DNA of 64,000 nt from Trichosphaerium sp. ATCC 40318 (GCA_038496445.1 JALMLS010000124.1:124001-188000); one strand, 5' to 3'. Positions 26,990-41,200 are shown, counted from the stretch's first letter. The notes: generated from the sequence alone by a model not told the origin. Numbers and translations: made by a program.

Positions 26990-29900
26990 TTACACCACTT
27001 TAAAGACGTCTATGCGTTTTTCACCACCAGCGTAAAGCATTTGAAATGATGGTCCAAACTGTAAGTCATTGTAAACCTGAAATAAAAATTACAAAAAAAA
27101 AACCAACAAAGTCCGAAATCAGTTGCGTAGAGGTTCGAGCATCTACGCAAATAAAATAGACTACGTGCCATCTTTGGGTTATCAACATTGCATAGTACAG
27201 GTTTTGCATTTGTTGTATCTGTAAGATACAAGCCCATACATGTGGAAATAATGGCTTGATCATTTTTAGGGCCAACTGCAACCTAAGACACCGTGTTGGT
27301 TACTACATATTAATTCATGTGAAGTGTGCTATTACCTTCATTACCGCTGTGTCATCAACTTTAATTTGTGAAATTTTTGTGCCTAAATAAAAACATAAGC
27401 GGCTATGCGCGTAGTGTAGAGCCATGCTTTTTTGAGAAAGTGACTTACTTGGTGCACGTAAATCCCAAACATTTACAACCTTATCAATACCACCTGTGCG
27501 CAGTGTTAAAACAAATGTAGAAAAGTAATTTATTCTTTGATTCGTCTCGTACCAGAAACGAGTAAATTATCATGTGTGCTAAGACAAGTGATCATTTGTT
27601 CATGTGCTGTTTGTGCTCTAAACGAGTAATGAGTGACGTTCACTTCTGTTTACTTATTTTTTTTCAAAATCGCTTTTACGTACGGTCTAAGTTTGTGATA
27701 TGATGTAAATGTTGATGAGGCTTTATAGAGTTAAAGAGAAATAATAAAGGCGACGTCTACGCAAAAGGAAAAAATTTCTCTAGATCCAAAATCTTTGAAA
27801 AATGGATTTGGATACAATTCTTTTGTCGTGTATCCCATAGTTTTAATTGACAATCTTGGGAACCAGAAAAGAATAAATTCTCTGCATTTGGGTATTCTGC
27901 AATAGCTGTGACTATCTTTGTGTGCTCAGAATATGATCTAAACTATAAACAAGCGTTAACAGAAATCGTATAAAAATCAAGTAGTGTACGTTTTTGGCTT
28001 GACCAAAGGTCATGGCTCTGGAAGGATCATAGAGTCTATTTAATGAGTTAATAGAAGTTTGCGTAAAGATGCTCGAGTTTACGCATACCTCAAAATGCCT
28101 TCCTCTATTCCTCTCCTTGATTCTCCTACAACAAATGTGCTATTTCCCTGAGAAGTTCCAAGTACTTTAACAACTGAAAACAGTTTATTTTTTTCTCCTT
28201 CTATTTGACCCCAAATATGCCATCTGTTAGTGGCCTCATTTATACGATACCTTTACAAGCAAAAAGTGAGTAACTTAACGTAAGAATCTTTAAGTTCGCA
28301 ATAGTTCAGTCAGGTTTGAAGAGATGCTTTCAACTAAAAACTCATTTGTGCGTACCCAACAATTGCAGGGCAAACGTTTTGTTGTCTTGGTACACCACAT
28401 AGTACTATAGATCCTAGTGTATGAGATATATCAAGTGAACATGCATATCGACCAGGTATAGTGAGTTGGTTCTTGCACTAAGAAACAAAGTTAAAAAAAA
28501 AAGTTAATTTTTTTTTGAAAAAACCATACTGTGCCATCTGTAGACCAAATAATGACACTACCATCTTTTCCAGCACTGATAACATTCCTTCTTTTAACAT
28601 CATACTGAACTGCAAAAATTGTGGCTTCATGTCGCTCCCATGTGTCCACTTTTTTAAGCGCTAGATCCTTTCTGTTAGCTTTTCTAAAAAAAATCCAAAA
28701 AAACTATTTTCTGTCAACCCCTAGACTTCAATGTACCTGTGTAGGATGGTGGTGTTGAAAAAGGTTGTCTTGGTACTGGATCAACCTTTATAAAATAATA
28801 AGAGAATCTCCACACACGACAATCTTCCAGAAAAGAAAAAACAAAATCTGTTTCAAAAATGAATTTCGTACTGGAGTGTTCCAACTCATGTTTTCTTTAA
28901 TATACTTAACGTCATAGCTAAAACTTGTATCTGATATCTAGAAACACCTTTAGCAATAAACTTTGCCACCAAACCACGGTAATAAAAAGAGTACCAAGTC
29001 AAGAGCACGTCGAAGATTATTTAAATGATTCGTGTCACACTTATCAGTAAGCAATTCCTTACATAATTCAACTGTCTTTCCCAGTGTTGTTAATGCAGCA
29101 CATCTTGTGTCATCTTCTTGTAGAAGTGTTGTAATAGTTGTTGCAGCGCCTAGAAACCCACCAAATTAGCACACAACAGAGCAAACATCAAACTTTTTTT
29201 TTTTTCAAACTTGCAATGTTTGACATTTCGTTTTGTTTAAAGGACACAACGTACCCGTAACTGACACGCAACCAAATTTTACCAATGCAGCGAATGCTTC
29301 TGCATATGCAAAAAACTCGAAACGGTTACAGTCTTTGGGCCGTTTGATTGTCAAGAATTTTAATACAGAAGGTATCAGTCTGTCGCGTATTTTTGTGCGT
29401 AATCCCTCTGATAGCCTATATTGTGCGTTGGTACGTATAAACATAGTACGGAACGGTTTTTAAAATGGTTTTCTAAATAAGTGAACCAAAATAAAAGGGA
29501 ACCAAAGAACGTTGGTGTAATGCGTAGTTCCGCGCGTTTTTTAGTATTTAGAGGTAAAAACAAATTGGTGAGAGAAAATACAGTTTTTAAGCAAGAAAAC
29601 TCGTTAACTTGGTGCAACACACTAGAATTTAGCGTTCTTGCGATTCGTATGCGAAAAACACGCAAAAGTTATCACGTACGATGGCAAAATGGTGAGATAG
29701 GGAATGACGGAACGCTGCGCATTATTGGGAGGGTTTGGGAACACTATCTCGCCGAGTACATTAAAAAACTCACTCAATTTGGTTTCTTCAGCTCCAGGAT
29801 CAGTATCAAAAACTTGTTGTATGTGCTGTGCTATCTGATCGTAATTTGGAGAAGGTTCAACGCAACTCATCAATAACTCACGAAACAGTTGCTGCGTATT

Positions 29901-30047
29901 TGCCACTGTAACAGGAAGCTAAACGGCAGTTGGAAACACGCGTATAATAGGTAATACCTGAGATGTCAGTTTCTTTAGCGCTTCCACAAATTTGGTAGCT
30001 GCTGGAATCTCTTCAGCTTGTAACTCCAACTCTATTGTAATTTTCAT
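26990..30047 (-). CDS. Protein with helical (HEAT/ARM-like) N-terminus and C-terminal WD40 propeller
   Basis: WD motifs ERHEATIFAV..ISAGKDGSVIIW, EHTKIVTAI..SGSQDCQLKLWD, AHEQMITCL..GGIDKVVNVWD; many GT-AG introns. Confidence 0.75.
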
Positions 30048-30249
30048 GTTGCTACGTTATAGGTCGTATTTGAAATATAAAAAGCTCGCTCCAAAAGGTC
30101 AACACAGGTTTAGGATTTGGCTGATACAGTGAATTCCACCCTATGGGTAGCCTGTGCTACTACTGTTTCCACAGAAAGTACATTCGGTGAGTATTTTTGT
30201 AACAGCGCACTAATACATTACGTGATACGATTATTTTACAACGTAACGG

Positions 30250-32296
30250 ATGTCTCGCTTTGGTGCAGGCTTCTCTGATTACTTACATAACGGCATATTG
30301 TCTGATGTCACTCTACGGTTGGATTCCAAGTCATACAAGGCCCACCGTATAATACTGGCCTATTCGTCAGAGTTTTTTAAAAAACTATTTTCTTCCAAGT
30401 TTAAAGAGGTCAATCAAAGGTGCTTACGCTTCAATATTACGATATGTAACATCTCCAAGGATAATAGAGCTAAAATTTGAAGACCCGAAAGATGTATTCC
30501 CACAAGTCCTTCAATTCATGTACGAGGGTTACTTACACATTACAAAAGAGAATGTCATTGCTCTGTTAACAGCTTCTCAGCAATACTTCATACCAACATT
30601 GCGCGTGCGTCTACTCAATCATAAAACTCGCCCACAAGAACCACACCGTTAACCCTTAAACAGGATCAATGTACTGAGTACGTGAGCAGTAATCTCGGAA
30701 AGGATTCTGCGATTCAATTTCTTAGAGATGCCATAGACTTTGTACAAGAAGACATACAGGAGCGGTAAACTGATCTGCCTTAAAACACGACGACAAAAGT
30801 ACTGATATTCGTAGATGCATTGACACAATTGCTGCCAATTTTTTATGGCTGACTGAGAGCTCCATACCTGACTTTTCTTGGTTGTTTCCACAGACTTTAG
30901 AAAAGCTTCTCAAAAATCCTCGTCTGGCTGTTTCCAATGAGTATAGTGTATACTGCACGGTTACACGGTATATTGATGCGCATCCTGAACTTGATGATGC
31001 TCAAGTAGAGAGACTGGCAAAGCACATTCGATTCAGGTACCTCTCTTCATCTGTTTAAGTTAAAAAGCAACCAATCTACAATATTCAGCTGACCTTTCGT
31101 TTTAAGATGGCTGACATCCAAGCAGTTGATGGAAGCGCTTGCACACCCACGTATTCCTAAGAAGCATCTCATAACAGGTGCATTACTTCGTTTGAGAGAA
31201 ACAGAGTGTACCTCTAGAGTGCCTCCACCATTCAAGTTATCAAGAAGGTAAGTGCTATTAGTGGGTGGGTTTCTTCTTTACTCGGCAATTATGGTCTATC
31301 AGGTCCGCCCAATATTGTTTTAATCACTACATAGGCACGAAAAAAGGCGATGGATGGGCGTACAAGTAGAATGGGATCGGTCAGAGTAAGCACCTTTTGA
31401 AAGTAGATTGTAGCTTACTTGTTTGTTTTAAAAAAGACCGAGTCTACGTGGTATATTGCATTGGCTTGGGACTGATATGAATAGAAGGACTTTCATTAAT
31501 CCTGCTCAAATCGGTATCGTTAACGTGACGGCTTCCAGGTGCGCATAGCATTATAAAATTAGTCAACGCTACTCGCTAACAAGTAGTTTATTGTTACTAC
31601 TTGATGCTCACATCTTTTTTTAAGCCTTGCTATCGGCAATGCGGAGGATATAGTAGACCTTCAGGCACCTGCTCGCCGTGTTTGGACCCAAGATGTTCCT
31701 GCATCTTGGATTTGTATCGATCTTATAGATTGGGCTATAAAGCCTACTGGATACTCCCTTAGACATGGTGGAGATTACCGTGCAGATGCTTTGAGGAACT
31801 GGGACTTTCAAGGTAAGCAAAAAATAAAATCCATCTAGTAGACTTTTAGCATCCTCACCAGCGTCTACACTTCTCACTTGCTAACTCTTAGGATCAAATA
31901 ACGGAAAAACTTGGCAACTTCTAAAACGACACTCTGATGATCCTTCTCTTGACGGTCCTCATGCCATACATACGTGGTCAGTAGTAGGTGCAATAGAACC
32001 GTACACCTCATTTAGAATTATTCAAACAGGTACAAACTCTCGTGCGAGACAATAACTACCTTTAAAACAAGCTCTCGTACCTCTATGACTAATTTGATTT
32101 CTTTACACGAACAACTATTTACTCGCTTGCTACTGTAGGACAAAACAGCAACAACCATAATTTCCTGGTTGTTGCAGGGATAGAGCTGTTCGGAGAAGTT
32201 TGGGAATGGTCTACGAAGGGCGATCAAAGAAAGGATAAGAGTACAAGGAAGGATGGACAAAAACGAAGAGCACAAACTACGCGAACCACAAAGTGA
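30250..32296 (+). CDS. BTB/POZ-BACK-F5/8 type C (discoidin) domain protein
   Basis: LSDVTLRL..YKAHRIILAYSSEFF (BTB); FPQVLQFMYEG; IRFRWL (BACK); GILHWLG, YSLRHGG..LRNWDFQGS, FLVVAGIELFG (discoidin-like). Confidence 0.85.
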
Positions 32297-33106
32297 AGTT
32301 CTCTTTATTGTGTGGTCAATGGGTTAGATTCCTTTGAGTCTTTTTTTGTACAGTGTACAGATGGAATGAAATAAAACCATGAGCGCATACTGCGCTTTAG
32401 TAAACTGTGGTGTAAATGATGTGCTGTGATTCCTGTTACCTTTTCGGTTCAAAAAAAACCCAAGAAACTAACTACTAGCTTGCATTTCCATTCGAGCTTT
32501 GACTAGTACAAGGTGTTGTATTATTTTAAAAGCTACCAAAGAATCTACACATGGGTATTGCTACGTTACATAATCAAGCTACGTGCTGACAAATCTCACC
32601 TTTTTGCACGTGTGGAATGGCTGCCAAGAATTAATGGTTACTAAAGCATGAGCAATTGTACAAAAGGAAAGGTACACTCACAAAAAAAAAACGTGCAACG
32701 TTTTTCATGGTTTTAGAATAACATTTATAATGGTGACACGCTTCAACATCTGTCACGCACAATAAGAAAGGGAATAAAAAACCAGGCAGCACGTTTTCCA
32801 AAGCCAAAAACAAAAACCGAAAGTGTACCATGGAGCGCAAAACAAGAACGAAAGAGGGCAATGTTATGTGTACCATTGCGTGAGAGGAGTGGATGCGTAA
32901 ACAATACATTTAAAAGAAATCTACAAAAACAATTTACTGTCGCGAAAGTTACTTGTATCTACGCTCAACGATAACAGCAGAACGAAACAGTACGACTTTC
33001 AAACAAAAACAAATAAAAGGAGCGCAGTGAGTGAGGCAAACAAACAACGCGTGTGCGTACTACAAAATATTTTATTCTAGCGAGCAAAAAGGGGTACAGA
33101 AACGCT

Positions 33107-34648
33107 TTAGTTAAACAACAAGTCTTCTTCGCTTAGCTCAGAATCCATGTTATCTTCCTCAACATCCTCTAGGGTAGCTGCAAGTTCTTCTTCAGGCATA
33201 TTCTCGAGTTCATCCAAAGCCTCAAGTTCTTCTTCGCTGAGTTCTTCTTCAACATCATCTTCAGCGTCGAGCTCAGCTTCGATTTCAGCTTCAATTTCTT
33301 CTTCAGACATTTCATCGTCAAAATCAGTTTCGCTTTCGAAGTCTTCTTCTCCGTCAACGTAGTCACCTTCGATCTCAGTTTCGAAGTCTTCTTCTTCGTC
33401 CAAAGGTGCTTCTTCGTCGAGTTCAAGTTCCATCTCTTCGATTTCAGCTTCAAGTTCTTCTTCGCTCAATGGTTCTTCTTCGTATTCACCTTCCATTTCT
33501 TCTTCGTCAAATTCACCATCCATCTCAGCTTCTGCGAGTTCAGCTTCAATCTCAGCGTCGAGTTCTTCGTCAGTCATAGCTTCAAGTTCTTCTTCGTCAA
33601 AGTCAGCTTCGTCGAATTCTCCTTCCATCTCAGCTTCTTTGAGTTCAGCTTCAATCTCGGCTTCCATTTCTTCTTCGTCAAATTGACCATCCATCTCAGC
33701 TTCTGCAAGTTCAGCTTCAATCTCAGCGTCGAGTTCTTCGTCGGTCATATCTTCAAGTTCTTCTTCGGTCAAGTCTTCGCTACCAAGGAGCATATCTGGT
33801 TCGCCAAGCATATCAGGTTCACCTTCAAAGATATCATCTTCTTCGAGTTCTGGTTCTTCGTCAACCATCATAAAGTCTTCGTCTTCACCGTCAAAGTCAA
33901 CAGCGTCACCGATTTGTTCGTACAAGTTTTCAAGAGCTTGAAGGACTTGTTTGACAGCAGGTCTGATAACATCATCGATAGGGTCATTTGTCAAAAAGTC
34001 GCAAGTATCTTCGAAGTTATCAGGTGAAGTGCTCATCTGGATCTTTTCGAAGATTTCAATCAAGATATCAACACAAACAGCAGGGTCTTGGTGTTTACCG
34101 ACAGCGTTTTTCAAGTCCATAAGAAGCTCACCGATTTCAAGTGGGGTACCAAGAGCATCCTCAGCGTCTTCGCGTGCTTGTTCGTAACGATCTTCAGCGT
34201 CACCACGAATATCTTCATAACGTTCTTCTACATCACCGCGAATATCTTCAAACCGACCTTCAGCATCACCACGGATATCTTCAAAGCGATCTTCAGCGTC
34301 ACCGCGAATATCTTCATAACGCTCTTCTACATCACCGCGAATATCTTCAAGACTATCTTCGATATCACCTCTTCGTTCATTAATGAACTCTTCAGCACTT
34401 TCGCGTCTAGCTTCAATTTCATCTTCAACAGCATCGCGTGCTTCTTCGTATTCTCGTGCTACACCGTCTTCAATCTCGTCTTTGGTATCTAAGACTTGTT
34501 CAAGAGCGTCTTCGTAAGCTTCTTCAACTTGTTGTCTTGCTGTATCTTTAAGGTCATCAAGAGCATCAGCAAGTTGGTTTTTAAGCCCACCGAAGAAAGC
34601 AGCGGAGCCTACTACAAACAACGCAAGTATAACAATAGTTAGTTTCAT
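33107..34648 (-). CDS. Intronless secreted hyper-acidic protein with 11-mer EDIRGD(A/V)E(D/E/G)R(F/Y) repeats and an E/D-rich C-terminus
   Basis: Single ORF; signal peptide MKLTIVILALFVVGSAA; strong GAA codon bias; internal duplication of the MTDEELDAEIEAELAEAEMDG block. Confidence 0.9.
   Translation of the reverse strand: MKLTIVILALFVVGSAAFFGGLKNQLADALDDLKDTARQQVEEAYEDALEQVLDTKDEIEDGVAREYEEARDAVEDEIEARRESAEEFINERRGDIEDSLEDIRGDVEERYEDIRGDAEDRFEDIRGDAEGRFEDIRGDVEERYEDIRGDAEDRYEQAREDAEDALGTPLEIGELLMDLKNAVGKHQDPAVCVDILIEIFEKIQMSTSPDNFEDTCDFLTNDPIDDVIRPAVKQVLQALENLYEQIGDAVDFDGEDEDFMMVDEEPELEEDDIFEGEPDMLGEPDMLLGSEDLTEEELEDMTDEELDAEIEAELAEAEMDGQFDEEEMEAEIEAELKEAEMEGEFDEADFDEEELEAMTDEELDAEIEAELAEAEMDGEFDEEEMEGEYEEEPLSEEELEAEIEEMELELDEEAPLDEEEDFETEIEGDYVDGEEDFESETDFDDEMSEEEIEAEIEAELDAEDDVEEELSEEELEALDELENMPEEELAATLEDVEEDNMDSELSEEDLLFN
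34180..34380 (-). repeat. 33-bp coding tandem repeat (five IRGD units plus one RRGD)
   Basis: Near-identical ..CACCGCGAATATCTTC.. cores recur every 33 bp. Confidence 0.9.
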
Positions 34649-35126
34649 TTTTAATTCCACACAGAGTTATATATGATGATATATGGGGAACTGTTGTGGA
34701 GCTTGTTGTGCTTTTGTTATTCTGGGTGCAAAAAAGGAAAAAATTCGCCTTATTTGCTAAAAAACATCCAAAATAAGTTCCGTGACCCTTCTATTCATTG
34801 AGTGTTATCGTATACATTCCTGCAAGCTTGTGTTCGTATACTACACGTTTTTAAGAAGCTAGTAGTCGGGTTTATACTCCTAAGCGCCATTACACTCTAA
34901 TTCCCGCGTCATAACCCATATAAGCGTATTGAGGCTTCTACAGGAGTAGATTTGCGTCAAGTAGCAAAGGAAGTATCTATTAAAAAACGAAATTAATGAA
35001 AAAATTATCCCGCATTGTCATTTCTTTGTTACGGCCGAGTTTGTACCTTGATCACACGGCGTCAAAGTGACTTTTTTAACATTCTTGTTTTTGTTAAAAA
35101 ACACTAAATTCTCTTCTTTCCTAATA

Positions 35127-37964
35127 TCACTCTTGTGGTTGTGTTAAAAAGACATCTCCTGCACAACGTTGTAGCCACCTGGTTTTTGAGAAACGTTAAC
35201 TAACTAGCCACATTCATATAAAAGCTTTTGTGTCATTTTTGGCTTACCATTGCATAGTACGCTTGTGTGCGTTGTCTATCACTTTGGTGTCCCACTCGTG
35301 ATCAGGGTAAACTCGTTTTAAAATATGAGGCCAGTAATGAATCATGCCGCCTCCTCCAAGATTTGTCAATTGATCACGTGAAATATACATCCAATGTGAA
35401 GGATGTTTTATCTTTAGTCGCTCTTCCGTCTCTCTCATGAACTGTATTGTCGTTTCAGTTCGCCAGTAAGTACGTTTGATTGTTCCTGTATGTCTAAAGT
35501 AATAGAAAAATGTATTAGCAACGTTGTATTCAATTCACACGCGTCGCAATGTTGTTCAAAAAAAAAAAAAAGAAAAAAAGTTCATTTTTTCCAGTTTTTT
35601 TTTGAGCGTTTATGCTTACCCAAACTCGGATTTATCCCATTTGAATGATTTATAAACATTACTTAACGCTTCGAAAAGCGAACCGCCATATCTAAAAGTA
35701 AGGATTAGCGGATTTTTATTAAATAAGAATGAGACAATCAAATACTATTGAGACACTCAACATTTCTTTGACATACTTTGCCATCACGTTTGTACCACCT
35801 TGACGCTCGATAGATGCTTTTGTTACACTATACCATCCGTCAAGTGATTTGACATCAAGCTGTTCACCAATGTCATTAAAAAAAAACTGTTGGTTTGCAA
35901 TGACAAATGGTGATTGATCTCTTGTTGTTGCTGTTGCTCTTGAACTATTATCTCTCTTTGTGCGGCTTATCCTTTAAAATTTTTAGTTGGAATAGGTAGT
36001 ATTGGGAGTGTTTATTTACCTTTCATCATACATTTTATGCATCACATGCGCATCTCTAAGATAGCGACGTCAGAATCCAGCAAAAAAAAATCGAAAAAAA
36101 TTTGTTTTTTTTTATTTTTTGACTTGCCTTGCCGAACGTGTGCCTTCTGATTCCGGGTATAATGCATATAATAGCTCTGATATAGAACCGTTGTATCTTT
36201 ATTACGAATAAGTTCCGTTGGTTCTTTTAATGTTCTTATAATACTTACTTTTTAAGAAGACCATCTATTGCTTCGTAGCGTCTTAGATCATCTCTTGTTA
36301 TCGAGTACCATTCGTCACTAGTTTTGTATCCTTGAATGTTACTAACATAATCAAATAATAGGCGATTACTGTCAATATTATCCCACTTTCTAGACAGGTA
36401 GAGCAAAGTTAGTTCGCTAATACCAAAAAAAGGGTTTTCAAATTATTAATTTGGGCCTCGTCTAGTAAACGATACAAGCGGCCCTAATCACGTACTTGAA
36501 GAGCCACATCTTCCATTGACGTTGTGGGTACAGAGTCTCAAGTAGACTTGACAATGTCTCATAACTAATGGCCTTTCAGTATCGTAATATTCATTTAAAA
36601 GGCAGTACCGCTTAGCAACACCAGGTGCTATGAGTTGAATATCTCTTAGCGTGAAGTTGTACCAATCATCCAAAACAATGATTCTGAGAGTTTCGCTGAT
36701 AGATTCTATCTTATTAAACTGGTTTTTGGTATCTTCCCAGTAACCTTTAGGTGCTCGACTATGGATGTTAACATTAGCATCAGATTCAAAAAAAAAAAAC
36801 TGAACCAAAAGTTTCGCTTGTGTAGCGCGGCACGTGCCTAAAGTTCCATTTTATCCAATCGTATTCAGGGAAAACAAAAGATAGGGCGTTAATCAACGAG
36901 TTATCGTATCTACAAGAAGAAAAAGTCAGAAAAGTGTCAAAATGTCCAACGACATGTCAACTTGTTTTTAAGGAATTTCATTTCAGAGTTTTTTTTGTTG
37001 ACATTTTGATGTTCATTGTGTGCGCACTTTTGAAGAGCTACAATGCCACCAGAGAATAAATGAATATCAGCATTCTGTATACTATACCAACCATCCAATG
37101 ACTTCAATCCTAATCGCTCTCCAACATTTTCAAAAAAAATACGTTGATTTTTGACATTGTTCCAATGACCCATTGGAGCACACCTAACAAAACATGCTTT
37201 CTTAGTTCTATATAACGTTAAAAATACACTAAATACATACCTAAAGTGCCATGGCATCCATAGGTAGTTAGGGAAGAAGGATTGAAGCGCTTTGCTTAGA
37301 GAGTTGTTGAAGCTGTTGAAAAAAAAAAGTCAGAACATACTAAAAATGTATTGGGTTGTTGTGTTCTTCTGTGTACGTTTTGAGTATGCTAGAACCGCCT
37401 AGAGATTTTACTTGCTTTACTGTGATAGAATACCAACCGTCTAAGCATTTGATATCAAGTTCTTCGCCCGTTTTTTCAAACCAAAGTTTTTTGTTGTCCA
37501 TGTTATTCCAATAGCCCTTTGGAGTACCGCTAATGCGTATTTAGTTTGTTCTTTCCATTTCAGTGTGGTACGTACTTGAACAATGACAAATTCCACTCGT
37601 ATTCGTCGTATATTAATTGTAGGGCGCCAGAAAGTGATTTGTTAAACCTTTGGACGTTAACATTTGACAGTTCAATAAATAGTGCTCACTGGTGTAATAT
37701 AGTCTTTCCTCCAGCTTTTATGACTTGTTTGGATGTTACATTGTACCATCCGTCTTTAGTTTTGATTTGAAGCTCAGGAGCTATCTTGTCGTCGAATATA
37801 CGCTTAGTAGATACTCTAACCGCTTCGCTGTTGCTGCGCGTTAATATATTTCAAAAAGTTGTTTTTTACCTTGATTTATGCCTTTGAGACTCCCTAACAT
37901 GTATTGCACATCGTTGTACGCTTGTAATCAATAATGTGCCTGATTTTACTTTTCTGCCTAACAT
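35127..37964 (-). CDS. Protein of ~75-aa tandem repeats (PxGYW..N..FF..L.I...DxWY.IT...GG / YxxSL..AL...YPxYxW) with a putative mitochondrial presequence
   Basis: About 7 repeats recovered by splicing; basic, acid-poor N-terminus MLGRKVKSGTLLITSVQRCAIHVR; 3' end uncertain. Confidence 0.75.
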
Positions 37965-38230
37965 GTGACATACATTTAACGCTATAGCGTTCTAGCATTG
38001 CAGCACATTGAGTTATACTTCAACAAAGAGCAAACGAGAGCGCTGAAACAGTCCAATGAAGTCAAGTTTATTTTTTTCGTTTAGTGTGAATGTTGTGACG
38101 CCTCAATTTGCCATGCGTCAGTGAAGTAATTAGTACGTACAAATACAGGATATAAACACTCGAGGTATTTTAATAAACTACGCCAATTTGTAATAATCTG
38201 ACCAAAAAGAACCATAGTTCTACCACCACA

Positions 38231-41200
38231 ATGACGTCACACAACGAATACATAGGGTCTCACTACTTCCTTCAACAATGTTTTGTTCCGACTGTACTTG
38301 TTGTTACAAGCCAAGAAGTCAACAAATCAATACAAAGGAATGGCGTAGGTATATTCCACCTACTGAATCTGTTTTCAACAATAAAGAGCCAGGGTACCTC
38401 CCCACGTCGGCTAAAAAAATCAACTCATAGCTTGTAGTCGCGTATAAGCTGGTAGATTCTAGCGAAGAAGTGCGTAAAGAAAATATAAGATTAAGATGGA
38501 CTAGTTTGAGCTATATGCGTGATCACGCACGCGTCATGAAAGGTACAGTACCATAGTTAATAATAAACGTTAAGATTTAACATTATTTCAAAAAAAACGC
38601 CAAAAAACCAAAACTTTCGGATTTTTAGAGTTAAAACAGTACATTTTATGCAACTAATGCAATCATGGTATTTACCACACTACAAAATTACCCATTATCG
38701 GGTTTTTACCACTATAAATGGACCATACACTTTTTTTTTTGGTTGAATTTTAATTTTTTGTTTTAAAGGTGTCCCGAGAAAAATGGCATCTCTTGATACT
38801 GTTCCTCCTTCTACTGATACACCACTTATTCAATCTGTCGCTACACCTTCTGATATAGCTAGATTTCAAAAAGGTATGTTTCTAGGCTCAATACATTGCA
38901 CACAACAGCAACCCCCTTTTGAACGAAGAAAAAGAAGAAAGTTTTTTTTGACACGTGCTTTTGAAGCATCATCCTTGAAAAATTTGATTGTTTGTTTTGT
39001 AAGTGTTGTTGTACTAATATAAGGCTCTAGAATGTCGTGAAAAACGTACAACACCTTGGTTTGAAACATACAGATGGAACTATATACGTACCATGGGATC
39101 TAGCGATCATGAAATCTTTGAACATCCGGTTGCAAGTACGCCTTTTTTTTAACATAATTAAATTTTTCTCCACATTTGAGGTCTCAACAAAACCTTTCCT
39201 TGTCTCTTGTTTTATTGCAAATCGTTCGTATTAAATGTATTGCTTCGTGTGCATGCTAATTAGTATTTTCTTTAAAGCTATGTGTGTTGTTACGTCTCAT
39301 GAAGCAAAACCTTTGCAGACGTTGAAAGCGCTTTATGATGTGAATAATCCTTCTTCTGATATTCCAACTTTTATGGATATTCAAGTACTCCGCACATATG
39401 TTGTTATTCATGATGTTGCTGCTGGACAACCAATTAGCACAGCAACTAAAATACAACGTGATATACAACGGACTTATCCTCATTCCACGTGTGAGATTTG
39501 GACAATCAATTCTCTCAGTACTGCACAGCCGCTTCCAGCTTTGAATAATGCACCTACTTATCTATCCAAGGATGACTTGAAATCTGTGGGTAATGTTAAA
39601 TGGAATTTTATATTGATGTCAATCGAGAGTTGATGTTTTTTCTTTTTGGTAATACTTTCTTCGAATACTAATTTTTTTTTGATTTGTAGAGACTTTTGTT
39701 AAGAACTTTGGTATTAAAGCGTTAGTACCTCATATGCGTAAAAAAGTAGCTGCATTACATGTACACGTACAGCAACAACGCGCTGGATTTATGTACAAGT
39801 ACGTCGTTGACTCACTTTATCGCTGAGTGGCAAAATTTATTTTTAGCATTTTTGTCTTTCTTTTTCTTTGTACTAACACCAGGCTTCTTTAGTGTATTTT
39901 TAATTACTTCACGTTTCCGTAAGAATACTGCACCCCAAAATAGTGGTGAATTCAAGTACGTGTTTATCATTTTATTGTACTGTACAAGAGGTTTAACAAT
40001 TGTGTTCCCTAGGTTCGATGTTGATAGCCTTAATTTTAAGCAACGACAACTTGCTGATTGGGCCTTCATGTTGGGTGATTTTGCGTTAGCTAATAGTACT
40101 TATGAAACGTTGGCACGTCATTTACAGAGTGCACCAGATAAGCAAAAGCCTCATATGTACATTGCTGGGTACGACAACAAAAGATCCAAAATTTTTTTTT
40201 TTGTTTTTTTGTTTTCTATGTTGCGTTGTTTTAACTCTTTTTGTGTTTTTGTTAGATGTCAAGAAATGAGTGGTATATGTCAGTACCTCCTTGGGTTACA
40301 AGGTCAAAATGTTATTGAAAAACACTTGCGTTTGGCTTCGGAGAATTACTTGAAAGTGGATCAGTACAGGTACTTTGAGATTTTCTTTTTTTTTTTCGAG
40401 TGAAGCTTGTATCATATGATTTACTAAAACATGTCTCAATAGATGGGCTCGTAGGACTTCGCTATTCCTAACACTTATGGTCCCGAATAATCCTATTTTG
40501 TGGGAAAACAGTGCCTACGCTGTACGTTTATTCTTTTTTGTTTTTTTTGTTGTTGCTTGTTTCAAAGTTTGACTTGTTGTGTTTAGGAGCAACATATAGT
40601 GCTTCAAGCTTTTCTGTATGAGCAAGCAGGGCTTGCTTATTTTAATATGTATAAACCTAAATTACGTATGGCAGCATTCAGGTAATGAAGTCTTGAGGAA
40701 ACTTGTTTTTTTCTCTAAGTTTAAGCATAGATTCATTCAAGCTGGCCAATGTTTTCGAAAATCAGCTGAAGGTAACCCAGCAGACAAGTCTAATGTTGCG
40801 CATATACATGCTCTTCGATGCTTTAGTACTGCTTCTGTAATATATAATAACCAAGGTATGTCAGTGTAATACTCAAAACAGATTTTTTTTTGGACCAAAC
40901 TTTTTTTTTCTTCTTATCACGTGTTAATTGCCTTCTTGTTAAGGATGGCCGGTGATTAATGATCATATGCATTTCAACCTTTCTCGTGTCTGTTATGACC
41001 TTGATAAGAAGGACGATGCGTTAGGTTACATGAATTCTCTGTTGACTAATAATGCACATGATCAAAGACAGCAAGCTTCTTTCATGCGAGAATACATTCA
41101 CATGACGAAGGTAGGATGAATTTCGTTTAAAATGAATGCTGCTTGCATTGATTATTGTCTCACAGTATTGGTATTATTATACACAATACTAAGCATACCT

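Noticed and set aside
33147-34492. Several overlapping ORFs on the acidic protein gene
   Set aside because: By-products of low-complexity GAA-rich coding sequence.
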